NCBI RefSeq assembly: GCF_034669745.1
Contig: NZ_JAXMOP010000002.1
Length of the DNA: 64,000 nt
Reading direction: 5' to 3' (one strand)
From: Parasphingorhabdus sp.
GTDB lineage: Bacteria > Pseudomonadota > Alphaproteobacteria > Sphingomonadales > Sphingomonadaceae
How positions within the stretch are numbered: the stretch's first letter is position 1; every line of letters begins with the position of its first letter. The translations under genes were made by a program, and so were the position numbers. Positions 1 to 7,408 of the stretch are shown here, piece by piece. Under the pieces are notes generated by a model. The model was not told the origin of the DNA. It searched no databases and saw only the letters and a list, made by a program, of their open reading frames with translations.

Positions 1-524
1 ACCGGATCGCTGCCCTGCCGCCGATATTGCGTCAGCATATTACCGGATTTGCCGATATGTCGGCGACCGAGGTTTCAAAGGCCACCGGTCTCGGGTTGCC
101 CGAGTCACAGCTCGCCAAGCAACGGGAAGCATCGGAACCGTTTCTGTGGTCGGGATCGGCTGCAGCTCTGGAAGAGCTGAGGGCGATCATGGCCGATGCC
201 GATATCCGGATCCAGCGTGGCGGGCGCTTTTATCATTTTACCGGTAATGCGACCAAGCAGCAGGCAATGGCACGCTTGAAAAGCACATTTGTCGAGGAGA
301 TGACCGCATTCGAGATCGTCTCGATTGCTCTGGGTGATGGACCAAATGACCTGAAGATGATCGATGCCGCCGATTTTGGCGTGATCATGCCCAACCCCGA
401 CGGCGTGACTATCCAGACAAGCCAGCCCCGCGTTCGCGTCGCTAAAGCTCCCGGTCCGGCAGGCTGGGTTGCAGCGGTCCGGCAAATATTTGCGGAATTG
501 GGTTTGCTCCTGCCCGAAAGCTGA
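1..524 (+). CDS. HAD-IIB sugar-phosphoglycerate phosphatase (mannosyl/glucosyl-3-phosphoglycerate phosphatase family); 5' end lies outside the window
   Basis: The frame is open from nt 3 to the stop at 522-524; the track ORF 27..524 begins at an internal TTG. The translation carries the C-terminal HAD-IIB motif ALGDGPNDLKMIDAADFGVIM and an MpgP/YedP-like cap region. It lies 35 nt upstream of a GpgS-like glycosyltransferase. Confidence 0.7.
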   Translation, partial: RIAALPPILRQHITGFADMSATEVSKATGLGLPESQLAKQREASEPFLWSGSAAALEELRAIMADADIRIQRGGRFYHFTGNATKQQAMARLKSTFVEEMTAFEIVSIALGDGPNDLKMIDAADFGVIMPNPDGVTIQTSQPRVRVAKAPGPAGWVAAVRQIFAELGLLLPES

Positions 525-559
525 TTAGGCAGGCTGTTCCGGAAACTGCAGAGAAACCT

Positions 560-1774
560 ATGGCTGACTTTCATCAAAACGGCATTATATCAAGCCTTCA
601 CAATCTAACCGACCGCACCACAGAATCTCTGGAAGCCGAATTGATGGGGTTCCGGTCTTCGAACCCGATGGCCCTGGTTCTGCCGAGCCTGTTTTCGGAA
701 CTCGAAGGACCGGCGCTGGCGCATATTGTCGATGAACTGAGTGCAGTGCCCTATCTTGATGACATCATCATCGGCCTCGATCGCGCAGACAAAGAGCAGT
801 TCAAATTTGCAAAGGAATATTTCTCCCGCCTGCCGCAGCGCCATCACATCTTGTGGAACAGCGGGCCGCGCCTGACCACGCTCGACGAAGAATTGAAGGA
901 ACATGGCCTGTCACCAGCGGAACCGGGCAAGGGGCGCAACGTGTGGTTCTGCTTCGGCTATTTCCTGTCTGCAACGAACGCCCAGGTGGTTGGGCTCCAT
1001 GATTGCGATATTCTGACCTATGACAGAGCGCTGCTCGCGCGGTTGATGTATCCCGTAGCCAACCCAAGCTTCCCCTACGTTTTTTCAAAAGGCTATTACG
1101 CCCGGACGACCGAACAGAAGTTCAACGGCAGAGTTGTCCGCTTGTTGATCGGACCGTTGCTGGCAGCGCTCAAGAAAGTGTGCGAACCCAATGATTATAT
1201 CATCTATTTGAACAGCTTCCGCTATGCGCTGGCTGGTGAGTTCGCGATGGGGCGACAGGTGGTCAAGAATCTCCGGATTCCATCGGATTGGGGTCTGGAA
1301 ATCGGCGTTCTGTCCGAAGTGTGGCGCAACCAGTCGACCCAGGCAATATGTCAGGTCGAGATAGCCGATAATTATGATCACAAGCATCAATCGGTTTCGC
1401 ATGAAAATCCCGACGCCGGACTGTCGAAGATGAGCATCGACATTACCAAATCAATCTTCCGGAAACTTGCCACCGATGGTCAGATTTTTTCGCACGGCAC
1501 GTTCCGAACGCTCAAGGCAACCTATTTCCGGATCGCCCTGGACCGCATTGAAGCCCATCATAATGATGCGGTGATGAACGGGCTTACGCTGGACCGGCAT
1601 GAGGAGGAAACCACGGTCGAACTCTTTGCCCAGAATATCATGAAAGCCGGCGAAGTGTTCCTGGAGTCGCCTAATGAAACGCCTTTCATGGCCAACTGGA
1701 CAAGGATCAATAGCGCCATTCCCGATTTTTCGGACCGCTTCAAGGAAGCCGTGCGCCTCGACAATGAAGACTAG
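560..1774 (+). CDS. glucosyl-3-phosphoglycerate synthase-like retaining glycosyltransferase (about 400-aa GpgS/MpgS type)
   Basis: 404-aa ORF. The N-terminus MADFHQNGIISSLHNL and the length resemble the long GpgS enzymes, as recalled from memory. Context supports the call: a phosphoglycerate-sugar phosphatase sits upstream, and a GH13_18 phosphorylase and glycerate kinase are adjacent. Donor and acceptor specificity cannot be decided from sequence. Confidence 0.6.
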   Translation: MADFHQNGIISSLHNLTDRTTESLEAELMGFRSSNPMALVLPSLFSELEGPALAHIVDELSAVPYLDDIIIGLDRADKEQFKFAKEYFSRLPQRHHILWNSGPRLTTLDEELKEHGLSPAEPGKGRNVWFCFGYFLSATNAQVVGLHDCDILTYDRALLARLMYPVANPSFPYVFSKGYYARTTEQKFNGRVVRLLIGPLLAALKKVCEPNDYIIYLNSFRYALAGEFAMGRQVVKNLRIPSDWGLEIGVLSEVWRNQSTQAICQVEIADNYDHKHQSVSHENPDAGLSKMSIDITKSIFRKLATDGQIFSHGTFRTLKATYFRIALDRIEAHHNDAVMNGLTLDRHEEETTVELFAQNIMKAGEVFLESPNETPFMANWTRINSAIPDFSDRFKEAVRLDNED

Positions 1775-3549
1775 ACGGCGACCGGTGCGCGATTGCTGAT
1801 CCAGACGGTCTGATAGGGTGACAGCGAAAAATAGCTTTCAATATCGACAATGATCTGGCCGGAAATCAAGTCCCACCAATTGTCACCGGCGATCAGATTT
1901 ATGTCTGACAACGACAGCATCTTGTCTTCCTTGGTGACGTTGGTGATCGCAAAGATGCTCTGCTTGCGTTCTCGGCTTTGTCTCCAGACACCGAACAGAC
2001 CCTCGGGCAGAGCGAGTGTGAACTGCACGGCATTGGGATGAAAGGCCTGCTGCTTTTTCCGGATTGACACCAGCGACAGCAGACGAGAGAATACTTGCGC
2101 CTCGACCGTCACCGGATCGGCGAGTTTTGCGCTGATATCGTCAAAATCCAGTTGCCTCCGGTTGATCGAGCGGTTGCGGCCGGTGAGATTGACTTCCTCA
2201 TATCCGTTCGGCGTCGCCAGCAGGCTGTGAATATAGATGGCCGGTATGCCCTCTAGCGCCAGCATGATCGCCATCGCGGCCATGAACCGATTGATTTGAT
2301 GCTCGTCCGGGCCGTCCAGCGTCCCCTGCATGGCTTCGAAGTAGGAGATATTCATCTCATAGGGCTTTTCCGTACCGCCCGGACCGCGGCGCATGGAAAC
2401 CCGTCCGCCAAAGCCCTGTATGGCGGCGAGCATCTGATCGACTTCACCCTGCGGCAACGCGCCCTCCGTCGGACGCAGTCCGATCCCGTCATGGCTGGCG
2501 GTGAAATTCAGATAGGTACAGCCAATCAACGCCGGCGGATTGCTGCGCGTCAGTCGTTTCAGATAGAGCGCATTGCCGGTCAGCAGCGCGTGTGTCAGCA
2601 GCGGAGGCAGCGAGAAATTGTAAATGACATGCGCTTCGTTCTGGTTGCCGAAATAGGTCAGATTTTCATGGTTGGGGATATTGGTTTCGGTGATGATGAT
2701 CAGCGTTTCCGCATGGTGATCCATCAGGGTCCTGAGCAGCCGGATGATCTCGTGGGTTTCGTCGAGATTGATCGATGGCGTGCCGATTTTTTTCCATAGA
2801 AAGGCGACCGCATCGAGCCGGAATATCCGGACGCCATGGTCAATATAGGCCGCGATAATCTTGATAAATTCGAGCAGTACTTCGGGGTTGGTAAAATCAA
2901 AATCGACCTGGTCGGTACTGAATGTACTCCAGACATGGCGATCACCGGACGCGGTACGAAACGGGGTAAGCAAGGGATGTGACCGGGGACGGACGACCTG
3001 TCCAAGATCAGCCGCCGGATCCGCTGTATAATAATAGTCCTTGCCCGGGGCTTCGTCCGACAGAAACTGTTGGAACCATGCAGATTTGCTTGACCCGTGG
3101 TTGATGACGAGGTCAGCCATAAGACGATAATCCCCGGCGATGGCTTCAATATCAGACCAATCGCCAAGATTTTCATCGACCTGAAGATAGTCGATCACCC
3201 CAAAACCGTCGTCTGAACTATAGGGGAAAAACGGCAGGATATGCACAGTACCGATCGTCTGTCCAATATGCTGCTGCAAAAAGCGGTGCAGCGTCCGCAG
3301 CGGCCTTTCACCTTCTGACCGGAACGTGCCACCATAAGTTATGAGCGCGATGTCGCTCTCATCCCACAAATGTTTGTCGACGATTTTCCTGCGCTTGATC
3401 ATCTTGCCCCTATCGGGCCAGAACAGATTGACGATACGTTCCGCTAGGCCGTCGCAATCATCATCAGGGTAAAGAGCCCCCAAATGGGCTGACAGGCGTT
3501 GCAGAAGATGGGTGATAGTAGCGCGATCATTCATGATTTGGTTTGTCAC
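1771..3549 (-). CDS. GH13 subfamily-18 (sucrose phosphorylase family) glycoside phosphorylase, probably glucosylglycerate phosphorylase
   Basis: 592-aa ORF with alpha-amylase-family catalytic regions (FRLDAVAFLWKK, ITETN, NFTASHDGIGL) in a sucrose-phosphorylase-like layout. Neighbouring GpgS-like, phosphatase and glycerate kinase genes point to glucosylglycerate as the substrate (inference). Confidence 0.75.
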   Translation of the reverse strand: MTNQIMNDRATITHLLQRLSAHLGALYPDDDCDGLAERIVNLFWPDRGKMIKRRKIVDKHLWDESDIALITYGGTFRSEGERPLRTLHRFLQQHIGQTIGTVHILPFFPYSSDDGFGVIDYLQVDENLGDWSDIEAIAGDYRLMADLVINHGSSKSAWFQQFLSDEAPGKDYYYTADPAADLGQVVRPRSHPLLTPFRTASGDRHVWSTFSTDQVDFDFTNPEVLLEFIKIIAAYIDHGVRIFRLDAVAFLWKKIGTPSINLDETHEIIRLLRTLMDHHAETLIIITETNIPNHENLTYFGNQNEAHVIYNFSLPPLLTHALLTGNALYLKRLTRSNPPALIGCTYLNFTASHDGIGLRPTEGALPQGEVDQMLAAIQGFGGRVSMRRGPGGTEKPYEMNISYFEAMQGTLDGPDEHQINRFMAAMAIMLALEGIPAIYIHSLLATPNGYEEVNLTGRNRSINRRQLDFDDISAKLADPVTVEAQVFSRLLSLVSIRKKQQAFHPNAVQFTLALPEGLFGVWRQSRERKQSIFAITNVTKEDKMLSLSDINLIAGDNWWDLISGQIIVDIESYFSLSPYQTVWISNRAPVAV

Positions 3550-3598
3550 TCCGAAAATCTTCTTGACCCCGGCAGAACAATCGGGCCCTTATTGTGCA

Positions 3599-4873
3599 GT
3601 GCATCAAACAACAAATCCCGATTCAATAAAAGCTTTTTTAAAAAACCTGTACCAACAGGCGCTGGCACCGGCACTGCCCGGGAATGCGATGCGCACTCTG
3701 CAATGGCCGGCGGTCCCGGGCCGGACCTATATTTTATCAGTCGGCAAGGCAGCGACGCAGATGGTTGCAGCCATTCAGGACCGCCTGCCGCAATCGGCAG
3801 CAGGGCTGATCGTAACCCGGCGCGGCTATGTCCATTCCGGATTTCTGCCGGGCAATATGGAGATCATCGAGGCATCCCATCCGGTGCCTGATGATGCCGG
3901 AGCAAATGCCGCGCAAATGGCGCTGGCGGCAGCGGATAGGCTGGGCAAAGATGACCTTCTGCTGGTGCTGATGTCTGGCGGCGCCAGCGCGCTGCTTCCC
4001 GCACCAGCGGACGGCATGTCCCTCGCAGAGAAACAGCAAATTACCAGGGCATTGCTGCTGAGCGGCGCCGCGATCCATGAAATGAATATTGTCCGCAAGC
4101 ATCTGTCCGCAATCAAGGGTGGCCGACTGGCTGCACGAGCATGGCCGGCAGCTACCCACATGATAGCCATTTCGGATATTCCCGGTGACGACATTGCAAT
4201 GATCGGCTCGGGACCTACTGTTGCCGACAGCTCGACTTGTGCTGAGGCCCTTTCCATTATCGAGAAATATGCAATCGCCCTGCCCGCATCAACCCAGGCA
4301 CAACTGGCCAGTGGCCTTCTGGAAACGCCAAAGTTCGACGATCCGAAACTGCAGCGAGCGACTGCCGAAATTTGCGCCCGTCCCGCAGATATGTGTGCGG
4401 CGGCTGGTCGGGCCGCGCAGCAATCAGGCTATGAAGTGATCATGCTTGGTGACGCGCTGGAAGGGGATGCTCTGACCCTCGGGAAAGAACATGCGTTGCA
4501 AGCGCTTGCCCTGAAAGCAGAAGGACGAAAGGTGGCGCTTGTTTCGGGCGGCGAAGCGACGGTGGCGGTCCGCAATCCCGATGGTCGCGGCGGTCGATGC
4601 ACTGCCTATCTCCTCGCCTGTGCACTGAGCCTGGCGGGCGAGCCCGACATATGTGGCTTTGCCGCAGACAGCGATGGTATTGACGGCTCCGAAGATAATG
4701 CAGGTGCGTTTTTGTGGCCCGGCATTTTGCAAGAAATGGGCGGCCCGGGTCCGGCCCGGCAATTCCTGGAACTGGATAACAGCTATCTTGCCTTTCAAAA
4801 GGCCAAGGGCCTGTTGATGACCGGGCCGTCGGGAACCAATGTCAATGATCTGAGAGTGCTGCTCGTTGGATGA
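3599..4873 (+). CDS. glycerate 2-kinase / hydroxypyruvate reductase-like protein (DUF4147 + MOFRL domains)
   Basis: The track ORF is 3512..4873. Starting at the ATG at 3512 would overlap the divergent phosphorylase start by 38 nt. An in-frame GTG at 3599 (VHQTTNPDSIKAFLKNLYQQAL...) avoids that overlap and fits the usual N-terminus. Typical motifs are present: SVGKAA, LVLMSGGASALL, ISDIPGDD, GGEATV, TGPSGTNVNDL. Confidence 0.8.
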   Translation: MHQTTNPDSIKAFLKNLYQQALAPALPGNAMRTLQWPAVPGRTYILSVGKAATQMVAAIQDRLPQSAAGLIVTRRGYVHSGFLPGNMEIIEASHPVPDDAGANAAQMALAAADRLGKDDLLLVLMSGGASALLPAPADGMSLAEKQQITRALLLSGAAIHEMNIVRKHLSAIKGGRLAARAWPAATHMIAISDIPGDDIAMIGSGPTVADSSTCAEALSIIEKYAIALPASTQAQLASGLLETPKFDDPKLQRATAEICARPADMCAAAGRAAQQSGYEVIMLGDALEGDALTLGKEHALQALALKAEGRKVALVSGGEATVAVRNPDGRGGRCTAYLLACALSLAGEPDICGFAADSDGIDGSEDNAGAFLWPGILQEMGGPGPARQFLELDNSYLAFQKAKGLLMTGPSGTNVNDLRVLLVG

Positions 4874-4972
4874 AATGAACGCTTTTGGCCTGGAATAGTC
4901 AACGCCGATGCGCCGCGATCCGGCTGCGCAACGGAAACTGGCGGTGCTACTCCCTCACCCCGAAAACATGAA

Positions 4973-7384
4973 TCACGCGGACAGCCGCGCCTCTTCCATT
5001 ACGCTGTCCAGCCAGATCGCTTCAAAAACATCGGGTGTAACGGGTTTTGAGATATGCCAGCCTTGACCGATATCGCACCCGTATCGGGTCAGCAGTTCCA
5101 GACATGGTTGATCTTCGATGCCCTCGGCCACGATCTTGAATCCTAACGCATGAGCCATTTTAATGGTGGATTTTACCATCACGCGATTGGCATTGTCGGT
5201 GGTCATGGTTTTGACGAAGCTTTGGTCCAGTTTGATTTCGCTGACAGGCAGGCGCTGCAAATAGCTCATCGTCGACTGGCCGGTACCATAATCATCGATC
5301 GACACTCTGATCCTCGCATTCTGGATAAGTTTCAGAGCGAAAGCTGATCGTTCCGGATCCGACATCGTTGCTGTTTCCGTGACTTCAAATACGATCTGTG
5401 CGTTGTCGACCCGGGCTTCTTCAACCATCGCAATCGCCCGGTGGACAAAGTCCTTGTCAGCCAAAAGTGTGGCCGAAATATTGACCGAGCAGGTTAGCCC
5501 TGGCCGCCGCCCACTCCAGCTGGCCACATCATCCAGCGCCAGCTGTAAAACATGATAGGTCAGTCCGTCGATCCGGCCGGCTTGCTCCAGCAAGGGAATG
5601 AAAATATCTGGGCTGATAATGCCACGCTCGGGATGATACCAGCGAACCAGTGCCTCCGCGCCATCAAGTCGATTTGCCGAAAGATCCCATTTGGGTTGAT
5701 AGACCACGCCAAGGTGCCCGTCTTCGAGTGCCTGATCCAGTTCAATCAGAAGATCATGCTTTTGTCCGATTGCATGATCGAATTTGTGATCGTGCCAAGT
5801 CCATCTGATTCCGGAGGCCAGTGCCTGCTCCGATGCGATTTTGGATTCATCCAGGGTCTGGCTGCTAATACCGAAAGTCATATCGACCTTGATCTTGGTT
5901 TCTTGTGCCATGATCGGAGCTTGTAGCAGCGCCGATGCGGTATCGAAATGACCCGGAATATTGGAAGTATATTCTTTCTTCACAAGCCATGCGATCATAT
6001 CTGAATCTACATGATAAATACTCTCGGATTGGGCGAGAAAACTAAAACGGCTAGCAAGATTTTGAAACAGATCATGGCGCGATTCCCTGTTGGTCAACAC
6101 CAGCAATTCACGGAAATTTACAAGCCGAGCTGCTGCGATATAACCAAAATCGCTCGTATCTATGATTTTTTGCAGGGCCGCTTCATTTGGCAGTCCGCTT
6201 ATTTCATTGACATATTGACTGGTTTTAAGCGCTGTTGTGGTGGTCAGCAATTTTTGCGAAAGCATGTAAACCGAGAGGAAGAAAAAGGCCGGAACATTGG
6301 AAAATGTGAACAGCCGTAAATATTCAACCAGAAGCAATAAGCCTACCAGTACGAAAATCGAGACAAAAGCAATCCAGATCAAGCCACGGGACGAGATTTT
6401 TCTTGTTGTTATGCAGACCAACATCAGGATGGCAGAGAGCAAGAGCGCAGGAAATTTTCCCAGGTCCCCCAAATTTGTTCCACTGATCAACGTTTCACTC
6501 GCCAACGCCTGTATAACAACGCCAGGGAGCACGCCAAAGCGGCTCATCGGATATCGATCACCCAATTCTATCGCGGTGGCACCAATCAGTATCTTTTTGC
6601 CCCGCAACTCGGGTGGCAAGTCATTCGAGTTGATCAGATCAACAAAACTTAGCCGCGGAATGGTTGTCGGATCGATGGATTGATCGATTGCAAAACTTTG
6701 ATCGATGTTGCCCGCTACTTCGGCGATCATGCTCGCCAGCGATGGACGCGTTGTCCCAGCTGTGGTCGTGCCATAGCTGTAGCGGTTCAGTTGGCCCCGA
6801 CTGTCCGGAGACACATTGACAGACGCCAGAAATGCATTTTTCTGCAAGACATCTATCGGCAGACTTTCAACAAATTCATGCTGTCCGTTTGAGGCGCGCT
6901 GGCGGAACGTAGGCAATATCACCGTTGCATCGGATTTATCTATCGCATCCGCTAGCAGCTGATCTTCGGTCTCGGTTGAGCGCGATGAGAAGTCTATATC
7001 GAATGCGATTAGCGTTACACCGGCATCATTCAGCTTTTCTATGGCTTTGGCATAATATGCGCGAGGCCACGGCCAGCGGTCTACCATTTCCAAAGATTTT
7101 GCGTCAATTTCGGCAATATAGACCTGACCGGATGCGGGCTTGGCGAGAATATTGGCCCGCACATCGCCCAATCTTTCTTCAACATCGAGGCCAACGTTGA
7201 CTGAGACCAGTGCAAGACCGGCCGTCAATGCCAATATCCATGGCAAGAATGTGAGGCGGAAGGCTGTTGCCCGGATAGAAGTTAATAAAGTCTTCAACAG
7301 TGTCTCCGCTCGTCGACCAGCGGCGCTTGTAATCCAGACCCATCTATTTTGCGTTAATGCAAATAATTCCTGAGTTTCAGGCAA
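4973..7384 (-). CDS. CHASE2 sensor domain / degenerate GGDEF / EAL c-di-GMP phosphodiesterase membrane protein
   Basis: 803 aa. An N-terminal TM helix is followed by a periplasmic CHASE2-like region (IAEIDAKSLE..WPWPR..IAFDIDFS), then three to four TM helices. The middle domain has SGLPNEAAL, but HVDSDMIAW replaces the GG(D/E)EF motif. The C-terminal EAL domain has intact motifs: EALVRW, EVTE, DDYGTG, KLD, EGIED, QGW. The start is a TTG without an obvious SD, so the start position is uncertain. Confidence 0.85.
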   Translation of the reverse strand: MPETQELFALTQNRWVWITSAAGRRAETLLKTLLTSIRATAFRLTFLPWILALTAGLALVSVNVGLDVEERLGDVRANILAKPASGQVYIAEIDAKSLEMVDRWPWPRAYYAKAIEKLNDAGVTLIAFDIDFSSRSTETEDQLLADAIDKSDATVILPTFRQRASNGQHEFVESLPIDVLQKNAFLASVNVSPDSRGQLNRYSYGTTTAGTTRPSLASMIAEVAGNIDQSFAIDQSIDPTTIPRLSFVDLINSNDLPPELRGKKILIGATAIELGDRYPMSRFGVLPGVVIQALASETLISGTNLGDLGKFPALLLSAILMLVCITTRKISSRGLIWIAFVSIFVLVGLLLLVEYLRLFTFSNVPAFFFLSVYMLSQKLLTTTTALKTSQYVNEISGLPNEAALQKIIDTSDFGYIAAARLVNFRELLVLTNRESRHDLFQNLASRFSFLAQSESIYHVDSDMIAWLVKKEYTSNIPGHFDTASALLQAPIMAQETKIKVDMTFGISSQTLDESKIASEQALASGIRWTWHDHKFDHAIGQKHDLLIELDQALEDGHLGVVYQPKWDLSANRLDGAEALVRWYHPERGIISPDIFIPLLEQAGRIDGLTYHVLQLALDDVASWSGRRPGLTCSVNISATLLADKDFVHRAIAMVEEARVDNAQIVFEVTETATMSDPERSAFALKLIQNARIRVSIDDYGTGQSTMSYLQRLPVSEIKLDQSFVKTMTTDNANRVMVKSTIKMAHALGFKIVAEGIEDQPCLELLTRYGCDIGQGWHISKPVTPDVFEAIWLDSVMEEARLSA

Positions 7385-7408
7385 ACGGGAGTATTCTGCA
7401 AACTGCGG

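Noticed and set aside
3512-3598. ATG at 3512 as the start of the glycerate kinase gene
   Set aside because: It would add a hydrophobic, non-conserved-looking 29-aa leader and overlap the divergent phosphorylase start codon region by 38 nt. The in-frame GTG at 3599 is more plausible, but this is unverified.
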